From: Macrostomum lignano
Lineage: Eukaryota
Length of the DNA: 64,000 nt
NCBI GenBank assembly: GCA_002269645.1
Contig: NIVC01000396.1
Coordinates: 310,001-374,000 of the forward strand
Reading direction: 5' to 3'
Below are positions 1 to 11,800 of the stretch, piece after piece (position 1 is the stretch's first letter; each line of letters starts with the position of its first letter). The notes below the pieces were generated by a model. It made no database searches. It saw only the letters and a list, made by a program, of their open reading frames with translations, and had not been told where the DNA came from. The translations under genes and the position numbers were made by a program.

Positions 1-58
1 AACGCATTTCAGTGTAATTTCTCTCGCTTTCAAGCCTTGGGCAGCAGAGGTTAATAAA

Positions 59-220
59 ACTGACCGACTGACTGACTGTCTGACTGACTGACTGACTGAC
101 TGACTGACTGACTGACTGACTGACCGACTGACTGACTGACTGACTGACCGACTGACTGACTGACTGACTGACCGACTGACCGACTGACTGTCTGACTGAT
201 TGACTTTCTTGTTTGTTTGT

Positions 221-257
<37 letters not shown>

Positions 258-347
258 TGACTGACTGATTGACCTTGTTTGTTTGTCTGACTGACTGACT
301 GACTGACTGACTGATTGACTGACTGATTGACCTTCTTGTTTGTTTGT

Positions 348-384
<37 letters not shown>

Positions 385-416
385 TGACTGACTGATTGAC
401 CTTCTTGTTTGTTTGT

Positions 417-453
<37 letters not shown>

Positions 454-474
454 TGATTGACCTTGTTTGTTTGT

Positions 475-511
<37 letters not shown>

Positions 512-720
512 TGATTGACCTTCTGATTGGTTGTCTGACTGACTTACTGACTGATTGGCTGACTGACTGACTGACTGACTGTCTGACTGACTGTCTGACT
601 GACTGACTGACTGATTGATTGATTGACTGACTGACTGACTGACTGACTGACTGACTGTCTAACCGAATGGCTGACTGACTGACCTTGTGATTGGTTGCCT
701 GACAGGCTGACTTACTGACA
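59..720. repeat. (GACT)n microsatellite with interspersed TTGT variants
   Basis: Long run of GACT units; degenerates toward ~720. Confidence 0.97.
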
Positions 721-1574
721 GTTCAGCAACGGAAAGATAAAGCACGAGACAAAGTGCACTCTCCCAGAATATCCCAAGTAGCTCATACATTTATATCATA
801 AAACATCATTCCCTCGTCACTAGAATCCAAAATCTGATATTTAAATTTTGAAAGCTGACAGAACGCATCCTGGCGGGCGCAGGTGTCAGCCAGAGACAGC
901 GGAACGGACGGGGCAAGTGGCACCTAATTAATCGTGGAGACAGGGGGAGCTGAAGAGCGCTATTCTTATCTCTAATCTTATCTGGCACGTGCCGCCTCGG
1001 AATAGGGGAGCATCTAAAGGTGGACGCCCAACTACAATATGTTTGTTGAGCTAAATTCGTATTTTAGCCACATTGCAGATAAAAAAGTTAAACTTCCACT
1101 GGCTAGACATGAGTTTAGTGCAGAAACACTTTGTGCCACAAATTCGGGATAAAAATGTGGAGATTCATTGTTCAATTTTCAGTTCATTACAGGTGTCGAG
1201 TCGCGCCCAGTAAACGATGACAAGGCCGCCCGTAGGCTTGGTTTGAGTCAAGTACGAAGTTGTGTATTTGAGACGAGCGAATTATTGCAAAGATTGTGAG
1301 ATACGAGGTGGTAGGTGGCGAGACCAATATATAGGCTTAAAAGACAAACAAGTAAGTGGGCTTAAAACTCAGAATCGATCACTACTGAATATTATCATGT
1401 CAAGGGGGAGAGAGAGAGAAAGTACGCAGAGCAGCGTACACCGGAGTAGGCCGGTTTGGTTAGTTAGGCTGGCTGGCTAGTTAGAGTTACTCATTATTGG
1501 ACTCAGGTGAGTCAGGTGCAGTGCAGTACATCAAAACACGCCCGGCACCTCAACAGGATCTTTCAAGGGTTGAT

Positions 1575-2425
1575 TAGGGATCTCTGAGGCAGCTCACTTT
1601 TAGGGATCTCTGGGGCAGCTCACCTTTAGGGATCTCTGGGGCAGCTCACTTTTAGGGATCTCTGGGGCAGCTCACTTTTAGGGATCTCTGGGGCAGCTCA
1701 CTTTTAGGGATCTCTGGGGCAGCTCACTTTTAGGGATCTCTGGGGCAGCTCACTTTTAGGGATCTCTGGGGCAGCTCACTTTTAGGGATCTCTGGGGCAG
1801 CTCACTTTTAGGGATCTCTGGGGCAGCTCACCTTTAGGAATCTCTGGGGCAGCTCACCTTTAGGGATCTCTGAGGCAGCTTACTTTTAGGGATATCTCGG
1901 GCAGCTCACCTTTAGGGATCTCTGAGGCAGCTTACTTTTAGGGATCTCTGGGGCAGCTCACTTTTAGGGATCTATGGGACAGCTCACTTTTAGGGATCTC
2001 TGAGGCAGCTCACTTTTAGGGATCTCTGAGGCAGCTCACTTTTAGGGATCTCTGGGGCAGCTCACCTTTAGGGATCTCTGGGGCAGCTCGCTTTTAGGGA
2101 TCTCTGGGGCAGCTCACTTTTAGGGATCTCTGGGGCAGCTCACTTTTAGGGATCTCTGGGGCAGCTCACTTTTAGGGATCTCTGGGGCAGCTCACCTTTA
2201 GGAATCTCTGGGGCAGCTCACCTTTAGGGATCTCTGAGGCAGCTTACTTTTAGGGATATCTCGGGCAGCTCACCTTTAGGGATCTCTGAGGCAGCTTACT
2301 TTTAGGGATCTCTGGGGCAGCTCACTTTTAGGGATCTATGAGACAGCTCACCTTTAGGGATCTCTGGGGCAGCTCACTTTTAGGGATCTCTGGGGCAGCT
2401 CACTTTTAGGGATCTCTGAGGCAGC
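1575..2425. repeat. 26-bp minisatellite, ~32 copies
   Basis: Unit TAGGGATCTCTGGGGCAGCTCACTTT repeated in tandem with few variants. Confidence 0.95.
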
Positions 2426-2967
2426 GCGTTTTTTGGGAGTTCTGAGGCGAGTCCATGGATGGAGCAGAGCTCATTTAAGGAATCTCTGAACTCAGAGGAA
2501 GTCAATTTTGCATCTCTAAATGAAATTTGAAACCATGTTGAGAATGAGGTGCGACTCAAGTTTTAAATCCTCAGTTGAACTTGGCAGACTTAAGGCCATG
2601 TTTAGACACGAGACGTATAAAAAAAGGCTGGACCAAAGCCAATAAATAATTAATATGACGAAGATTATTAACAGGATGTTAATGCAAGCCTGAGTGCTGT
2701 ATTAATGGACCAATATTAATAGAGTTTATTACGAAAATGCATCTTTAGGTTAAATGAATAATTTAGCTTTGATCTAAATTTAGACCAAAGACCAACTGGG
2801 GTTTTCCAGTTCGAGTGAAATTCATTTGACGCCTAATTAAGGCTGGGGAGCGAACTTATGCAGGTTAAGACGTTCGGGAAGTTATGGGCTTGACGAACCA
2901 TCGGCAGGAATTCTCTAAAAGTGCTGCTGATTTTGGCGTCCTTTATGCGCTCCTGCCGTCCCGACTA

Positions 2968-3712
2968 CTTGCTTTTGGCGCCTGATGCTTGCTTTTGGCG
3001 CCTGATGCTTATTTTTGGCACCTGACGCTTATTTTTGGCGCCTGATGCTTATTTTTGGCACCTGACGCTTATTTTTGGCACCTGACGCTTATTTTTGGCG
3101 CCTGATGCTTATTTTTGACGTTTGATGCTTTTTCTGGCACCTGATTTGGCGCCTATTCTTGGCACCTGATGCTTATTTTTGGCGCCTGACGCTTATTTTT
3201 GGCACCTGACGTTTATTTTTGGCACCTGACGTTTATTTTTGGCGCCTGATGCTTATTTTTGACGTTTGATGCTTTTTCTGGCACCTGATTTGGCGCCTAT
3301 TCTTGGCACCTGATGCATATTTTTGGCACCTGATGCTTATTTTTGGCGTCTGACGCTTATTTTTGGCGCCTGATGCTTATTTTTGGCGCCTGATGCTTAT
3401 TTTTGGCGCCTGATGCTTATTTTTGGCGCCTATTGCTTATTTTTGGAACCTAATGCTTATTCTTGGCGTTTGATGCTTATTTTTGGCGCCTGATGCTTAT
3501 TTTTGACGTTTGATGCTTTTTTTGGCGCCTGATGCTTATTTTTGGCACTTGATGCTTATTCTTGGCGCCTGCTGCTTATTCTTGGCGTTTGATGCTTATT
3601 CTTGGCGCCTGCTGCTTATTTTTGGCGCCTGACGCTTATGCTTGGCGCTTGATGCTTTTGGCCCCTGACGCTGTTTTGGCCCCTGACGCTGTTTTGGCCC
3701 CTGATGCTTATT
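2968..3712. repeat. 21-bp minisatellite, ~35 copies
   Basis: Unit TTGGCGCCTGATGCTTATTTT in tandem; more degenerate at the right end. Confidence 0.95.
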
Positions 3713-4509
3713 TAGCGCGCCGGAGGAGACCTTTGTTTGGCATATTTTTGTATATATTTTATACTTTAGCCTTCATAATCACAGCATTTCATCATTGATC
3801 CTGTTTATCAAAATTTCTTTCCCATAGCATCTGCCGAGTGCATCAGAAGGCACACAAACAGGTAATCAGGGTGACAATTAAGCTGACTGAGACAATCAAA
3901 AGAGAACCAGCTAACATAGTAGACTATTAACAAATTGCTTTCATTAACAAATTGCTATTCTTTAATCAAAAAGAGCCGCAATAACATGAAGAATTACGGT
4001 TTGTTGTCAGCCATTCTCAAGCGCCTCCGCAGACAAAGACAGACTGCACTGGTTTATTCACTAGATATTATTAAACGTGTCTGCATTAACATTAATTGAT
4101 TGAATTGAGTAATATAATCAGCTAAAAATACACAAAATGCACAGCTATACAGAACTACATAATTTACTGACGCGAAAGCCAAGCAAACCGGAAGCTGGTG
4201 ACTAAGAACAACTTCCGGCAAAGTTTTTATTGAAAATTAAAAGCGCAGTTACAGATTGCTCACTAGGCTAGCAAAAGTACATTCAATTTATCCGGTTAGT
4301 TTTAAAGTGCGCACAAAATAATATCGAATTATTGCAAATAAAACGATTTAATTCAAGCATCGCAAGCATTGCATTGTTAGGTATTGATAAATAAAACAGG
4401 AGTGCAGGTAAACAACGAATGTCAATTTCTCTGTAATTGCATTGCCCCTGTCTACTGAACTGCTGACTAACAAGTACTTTAGCTTTATTTAACAATAATT
4501 ATTTAACAA

Positions 4510-4955
4510 GCGACATAGCAACTGCATAGCAACTGCATAGCAGCGGTATAGCAACGGCATAGCAACTGCATAGCAGCGGTATAGCAACGGCATAGCAACT
4601 GCATAGCAACTGCATAGCAGCGGTATAGCAACTGCATAGCAGCGTCATAGCAACTGCAAAGCAGCGACATAGCAACTGCATAGCAGCGGTATAGCAACGG
4701 CATAGCAACTGCATAGCAGCGGTATAGCAACGGCATAGCAACTGCATAGCAACTGCATAGCAGCGGTATAGCAACGGCATAGCAACTGCATAGCAGCGGT
4801 ATAGCAACGGCATAGCAACTGCATAGCAACTGCATAGCAGCGGTATAGCAACTGCATAGCAGCGTCATAGCAACTGCATAGCAGCGGTATAGCAACTGCA
4901 TAGCAGCGACATAGCAGCTGCAAAGCAGAGGCATAGCAACTGGATAGCAACCATA
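4510..4955. repeat. 11-bp minisatellite just downstream of the zinc-finger gene
   Basis: Units CATAGCAACTG / CATAGCAGCGG / TATAGCAACGG; source of the repetitive MPLLYRCYAV ORFs. Confidence 0.93.
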
Positions 4956-5050
4956 AAGCCAGAGCCAATTAGACAAAAGTTAAAACTAAGAACATGTTTT
5001 CACTTTAAACAGGAAAAATAGCTAAAATAAGCACTCAGAGTTGCTAAGGT

Positions 5051-7278
5051 CTAAAGCGAATCATCATCAAACTCGTCGCCCTCGCCGCCGTCCAGCAGGT
5101 GCACCCAGCGATAGTGAGCAACCAAAGCCACCCGGTTCGGACAGAAGGTACGGCACACCTGGCAGCCGAACATGGTGGGCTCGCTGTGCGCCACCGCCTC
5201 GTGCTCAGCCATGGCCGCGTCGCCGATAAGCCAGAGCCGGCACTCCGGACAGCGCCTGCCCAGCAAGGACCGGTCGGCCGGGTTCAGGTGCACCAACACC
5301 TGCGATGTAAATGGAATTGCGTTTTTTTGCAAGGCCTTTGGCGCTTAAAGACTTAAGCTACTTACTAAAGTAGTAAAATGATAGAATTTTCTGCAACGAC
5401 AAGCGAACAGACCTGATGGTTCTGCAGCAGCTCCGAGCCTGGGAAAGCTTCATAGCAGGCGCCACACATCAACACCTGCGGCCGGCTGTGCAGTCGACTG
5501 CCAGCTCCAGCGACAGCGCCGGAGGCCTCGGCGGCCGCGGCATCGCGAACATGCCGCTGCAGCCGGGCGGGCGACACCTCGGCAAAGCAGAACGGGCACC
5601 GGGTGCTCTGCGGCCCGGCCGCTGCCGCCTCAGCCGCCGCGGTTGCATCGGCCAGCGACCAGGCCGACAGCACGCGGACTTCCTCAAGCCTAAAGGAGTC
5701 GCAAAGGCGGCGATGGCTGGCTAGAAACTCGGCCGAGACAAACGACAGCTGGCAGAGGTCGCACTGGTGCCGCTCCGACATCAGCGCGTCCTCCTCGCTG
5801 ACTGTGGAGGCGTCGAGGTCGCAGGACACGGCAGCTGATGGATGCTGCTGCTGCTGCAGTCGCATTGTAGTTGGCGGAGGCGGAGGCGGCGGCGGCGGCA
5901 TGGACTTGTCGGGCAGCTGGCCTGGCCGCAGGCAGTGCGCTGCCGCTTCTGCTACGGATTCGTCAGTGTCCAGCAATGCCACTGGGCTGGCCGGAGGCGA
6001 CACGGAGAAAGTGGCATCGGAGGCGGCGGCGGGCTCTGACGACTGTCTGGCCAGGCGGCAGTTGGCGTAGCGGAGCAGAGACTCAATTTCAGACCGGGAC
6101 AGCAGCCGGTGCACCTTGGTGATGTGCGAGTAAGCGTGCTGCCTGCGGTTGAAGCCTCGCCGACAGCGCATGCAGATGTAATTGGCGCGGTGCATGCTGC
6201 GGATGTGCCGGAGCAGAGTGGTGCGGCAGGACAGCACCTTGCCGCAGTGGCCGCACTTGCAGTTGGCTGCACTTGCAGGCTTGGAGGCTGGCTGCTTCTG
6301 CTGCTGGGCAGACTGCAGCACCTGCGGCAGCGACTGCAGGCGGGTTATTTTCACCAGCAGCTTGCTCTTCTCGCCCGGCTGCTTTGCGGCCAAGTCAGGC
6401 GGCTCCTTCTTGACGTCAGCAGCCGCAGCCGCCTCCGATTTCTTAAGCCGCGGCCGTCCGCCCATGGTTAACCAGGCCTCTCTGTGGTAGCGGCGCATGT
6501 GCCGGGAATAGTTAGTGAAGCCAACCAGCTTATGGCAGATCGGGCACAATTTACCCGGCCGCTTGTTGTTCGGCGTTGCCGTTGCGGCCGAACCCGCCGA
6601 CGCTTTGGTTGAACTCGTGGCCGAGCTGGAGTTCAGCGAGATCCGATCGGCGTCACTGTCGGCTCCGTCGGCTTCATCCGACTGCTCAGCTTCCTTGTGC
6701 TCCTGCTGAGCCGGCTTGTTTTTTGCTTTCCCGCCAGCTGTCAGGCGCCGATTCCCGAATTGGCGCCAGCGGTTTCGGGCTAAGCGGCGCATTTTGGCCC
6801 ACTTGACCGGGTGGACGCGGCACATGTGGCTGCGGAACCCGCTGCCCGAGTGCAGCTGCCGGCCGCACTCCCGGCACTGCAGGTCCAGCGGCACCGGCAC
6901 CGCGCGAGGCCCGACCGACTTGGCCGGGCCGGCAGCCGCGCCAGGGGACAGGCGATTGCCGACGCTGCCTTCGCCGCCGCCGGCGCTGCCACCATCGTCT
7001 TTTCCGCCGCCACCGACGCCGGTTTCTTCAGTCCCTTCTTCAGTCGCTTCGGCCGCGTCGGCGGCGCCGGCCTCGATGCCGTGGGCCAGCAGCTCGTGGC
7101 GCTGTCGGCGGCCCCGCTGAGAGAACCGCTCGCCGCACCGGCAGCAGGCGAATTTCCAGGGCCGTTGCCGGTGCACCAGGTGGCGGCCCAGGCCCTGCGA
7201 TGAGTTGGTGATGAACGGGCAGTGCGGGCACTTGTAGATGCCGCCGCCGCTGCTGCCGGTGCTGCCGCGGGAGGCCAT
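5051..7278 (-). CDS. C2H2 zinc-finger protein, ~704 aa, 2 exons: complement(join(5051..5299,5413..7278)); left-arm copy
   Basis: About 10-11 CxxC...H motifs (e.g. CRECGRQLHSGSGFRSHMCRVH, CGHCGKVLSCRTTLLRHIRSMH). A phase-0 GT-AG intron (5300-5412) joins CGACYEAFPGSELLQNHQ to VLVH, completing a canonical finger; the last exon adds two more fingers. Confidence 0.9.
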
Positions 7279-7394
7279 GCTTTAGCCGCTAATTAATGCA
7301 GCATTGAGCCAGCTGATTCTAAGAAAATGCCGAGACGGAGCTGCTGCGGGATATTCGAAAGCTGGCATGCAGTGCCTGACATCTGGGATTGAGG

Positions 7395-8243
7395 GTTGCT
7401 CAGGTGATAATCAGGGGGTCAAATGGGATTGACTGCTCAGGTGATAATCAGGGGATCAAATGGGATTATTGACTGCTCAGATGATAATCTGGGGATCAAA
7501 TGGGATTATTGACTGCTCAGGTGATAATCTGGGGATCAAATGGGATTATTGACTGCTCAGATGATAATCTGGGGATCAAATAAGATTATTGACTGCTCAG
7601 ATGATAATCAGGGGATCAACTGGGATTATTGACTGCTCAGGTGATAATCAGGGGATCAAATGGGATTATTGACTGCTCAGGTGATAATCAGGGGATCAAA
7701 TAAGATTATTAACTGCTCAGGTGATAATCAGGGGATCAAATGGGATTATTGACTGCTCAGATGATAATCAGGGGATCAAATGGGATTGACTGCTCAGGTG
7801 ATAATCAGGGGATCAAATGGGATTATTGACTGCTCAGGTGATAATCAGGGGATCAAATGGGATTATTGACTGCTCAGATGATAATCAGGGGATCAAATAG
7901 GATTATTGACTGCTCAGATGATAATCAGGGGATCAAATGGGATTATTGACTGCTCAGGTGATAATCAGGGGATCAAATGGGATTATTGACTGCTCAGGTG
8001 ATAATCTGGGGATCAAATGGGATTATTGACTGCTCAGATGATAATTAGGGGATCAAATGGGATTATTGACTGCTCAGGTGATAATCAGGGGATCAAATGG
8101 GATTATTGACAGCTCAGGTGTTAATCAGGGGATCAAATTGGATTATTGACTGCTCAGATGATAATCAGGGGATCAAATGGGATTATTGACTGCTCAGGTG
8201 TTAATCAGGGGATCAAATGGGATTATTGACTGCTCAGGTGATC
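7395..8243. repeat. 40-bp minisatellite, ~21 copies, upstream of the zinc-finger ATG
   Basis: Unit TGGGATTATTGACTGCTCAGGTGATAATCAGGGGATCAAA. Confidence 0.95.
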
Positions 8244-8820
8244 TGAATAAAGCTTGAAACTAACTAATCGAAGTAAGAACCAATTTGGAAACTTCATCGC
8301 GATAGGGTGAGGATCGCCTTGGCACTGCAGCGCTTACAGAGCACAGTTTATAGATAGAAACGAATATCTAAGTAGCAAAAATAGAAAAAAATTGTATTGA
8401 AAACATACTATACACACTACTGACCGATCGATCCAAGTAAGTAGTTGAGATGCTGAGAAATAGAAAAACAAAATCGCGCAAGATTCATGGCAATCTGATT
8501 ACCGCACAGAATTCCCTTATATTATGTTTCTAGTTTTTATTTGATTTTGAATGTCAACAACTACTTAAAGTAGTAGCTGGATTTACCAAGAAATGGCACC
8601 TGGCGGCAATGCGAACAGGCGATGATGTACAAAAACAAAGAGGAATTACGGATTAATAAATAATTAAAAATCGATAAAAATTTTAGTGACACCCGAAGTT
8701 ATATAATGATAATTTCGTTGCTTTCCCCCCTAGCTAAACAAAAAGCCGAATTAATCTACTCGCTACTAACAGTAGTAAATATAAAATTAAGTTTCAATCG
8801 GTGTAGATGCGGCCCGGCTG

Positions 8821-11800
8821 TTACAGAATGTCGCGCCAGTTCAACTTCGCGTCGACCTGGTGTTCGCCATCAACCGTCAGGTCGTCCAGATGGTCGGCCA
8901 AATCGACCCGGAAGCGGGCCCGGAAGTTGGCCTCCGTAGGCATGTAGGGATACCAGAATACGAAGTTCACATCCCAGACATTGTTAAGCATGTTGAATGA
9001 GATGCCGGCAACCTTGGAATCGGGCACGGGGCTCATGGGCACCGGCCACACGGTCGGCCCGTAGGAGGCCGTGCGCGGGCAGGCCAGGCTGGAGTCCAGC
9101 GACTGAACTCGCAGCTCCGCTTTGCCCTGCGACAAAAATAGTAGCGATGCTCTACTGTCAGTAGGTTGGATAGGAAGCTGCGGCACTTATTAAATTAGGA
9201 GTATGCACAAATCTATGTTGGCAATATTCAGGAAGAGGTTTTAAAGGTGATTTTAATCTTATTACAGCACTTATTGGAAATCGATTCTTTATACTCGTAG
9301 TAATTAGAAGACCGTTTCTTTCATAGCGCTTGGGAGGCAGCAAGACGTAGGACGTAGGATTAGAGGGAGGTTTTGATAAGGGATTAGAGAGAGATTTGAC
9401 ATGCTTTTAGAGAGATTTTGATAATGGATTAGAGGGAGATTTGACATGCTTCTAGAGAGATTTTGATAATGGATTAGAGGGAGATTTGACATGCTTTTAG
9501 AGAGATTTTGATAAGGGATTAGAGAGAGATTTGACATGCTTTTAGAGAAATTTTAATAAGGGATTAGAGAGAGATTTGACATGCTTTTAGAGAGATTTTG
9601 ATAAGGGATTAGAGAGAGATTTGACATGCTTTTAGAGAGATTTTGATAAGGGATTAGAGGGAGATTTGACATGCGTTTAGAGAGATTTTGATAATGGATT
9701 AGAGGGAGATTTGACATGCGTTTAGAGAGATTTTGATAATTGATTAGAGGGAGATTTGACATACTTTTAGAGAGATTTTGACATGGGATTCGAGAGAGAT
9801 TTGACATGGGATTCGAGAGAGATTTGACATGGGATTAGAGGGTGATTTTGACATGGGATTAGAGAGAGATTTGACATGGGATTAGAGGGTGATTTTGACA
9901 TGGGATTAGAGGGAGATTTTGACATGGGATTAGAGGGAGATTTGACATGGGATTAGAGGGAGATTTGACATGGGATTAGAGAGAGATTTGACATGGGATT
10001 AGAGGGACATTTTGACATGGGATTAGAGGGAGATTTTGACATGTTTAGAGGGAGATTTTCTTAAAACCGGGAACAGACTTTACCTGCTGACGGAAGGCGA
10101 CGCTGTACGGCGAGTGGCCAACCATGTGCTGCCAGACGCTGCCGTTGGCGGCCACCTGGCCAACGGCGATATCGTGACCCAGCTTATTAAGCACGGCCAG
10201 GGCGCCAGGCGGCTTTGGGAAGTCAATATAGAAAGCCTCCATCAGGCGGGTGGGAGTTTTGCTTAGCGACCAGCTGTGCAGAGTGTAGCCGGTGCCAGTG
10301 AAGTTGTACATGGCCCACATGCTGGCCGGGGCGCCGTATTTCACCTGGGGGGGGGTGACAAAGACGTGCCTGCATTGTTCTGTACTTTTATGCCGATTCG
10401 GATATTTTACACCAGTCATAAAATTTTCACACTAAACTAAATATTTTTCTAAACACGATGTAACGCATCATAGAAGGCCAACAGGTCCCAATTAAGACTC
10501 CATAACAGGCCCTAATTTAGACTTCATAACAGGTCTCATTTCAGACTCCATAACAGATCCCGTTTTTGACTCCATAACAGGTCCCAATTAAGACTCCATA
10601 ACAAGTCCCATTTCGGACTCCATAACAGATCCTAATTCAGACTCCATAACAGGTCCCATTTTAGACTCCATAACAGGTCCCGTTTTTGACTCCATAACAG
10701 GTCCCAATTAAGACTCCATAACAAGTCCCATTTTGGACTCCATAACAGGTCCCATTTTAGACTCCATAACACGTCCCGTTTTTGACTCCATAACAGGTTC
10801 CAATTAAGACTCCATAACAAGTCCCATTTTGGACTCCATAACAGGTCCCAATTTAGGCTCCGTAACAGGTCCCAATCATAACAGGTCGATGATTTTATAC
10901 TCCATTTATACTCCAGGTGTTTATTTTGGGTTTATAAAACACTAATCCGACACCCCAGCAACCAATCCTTCAAACCACGATGCCTCACCGAGCTCTGCGG
11001 ATCGTCCATTAAGAACTGCACAGCGAAGGTGGACTGGCTGCTATGCTGGTAGATGGCCGCAGCACTAATTGACCAGAACTGCGACACCGGGTGAGCATTC
11101 TGGGTGCTATTGTACTTGCCAAAGCCCGTGTTATCCCCATTGGGATTGGTGTAATAGCGCAGGAAAAAAGCCGTGTCGCTCTCATTGTAGGTCCGGTAGA
11201 CAAAGGCGCCGCCGCCCTGATGCCAGGTGGCGCCGGAGTCGATGGAGAAGCGGGCCAGGCCGGCGCGGCGGTCGAAGACCACCCGGTAGGGCCCGCCGGC
11301 AGTCAGCGGCCGGCCCCAGGCGGTGTCGTTCAGCCTGGAGAAATTGGCGCCAACGCCGGGGAATTCGTCGGCTAGGGGGGCCAGCTCAGCCGCGATGTAC
11401 GAGGCCAGCTTGGGTGGGGCGGCGTCCACCTGTGGATATAGTTGGGGAGGGGGATTGAAAAGTACATTTTAGCTGCTAATTAGAGGCAGGTGTGCGAAAA
11501 AAAACTTGGCCTGAGTGATTCACGCCTTTTGATGGCATGTGATCATGTGAAGATTTGAGCTTATGAAGTTTCGAGCTCATGAAGTTTCGAACTTGTGAAG
11601 TTTCGAGCTCATGAAGTTTCGAACTTGTGAAGATCCGAGCTCATGAAGTTTCGATCTCATGAAGTTTCGAACTTGTAAAGTTTCGAGCTCATGAAGTTTC
11701 GAACTTGTGAAGTTTCGAGCTCATGAAGTTTCGAACTTGTGAAGATTCGAGCTCATGACGTTTCGAACTTGTGAAGATCCGAGCTCATGAAGTTTCGAGC

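Noticed and set aside
720-4500. Isolated splice-like signals and short open frames between satellites (e.g. 3828-3861, ~4010)
   Set aside because: Could be small exons of a neighbouring gene, but no consistent frame or recognisable protein could be assembled.
4499-4976. Cys/Ala-rich repetitive ORFs, and similar ones at 3562, 9304-9807, 10632, 11801, 57847, 59418 and 60221-60796
   Set aside because: Translations of minisatellites lying in introns or intergenic DNA.
5416-7231. Many overlapping antisense or alternate-frame ORFs over the zinc-finger and hydrolase exons (also 62773-63889)
   Set aside because: Shadow ORFs expected in GC-rich coding DNA.
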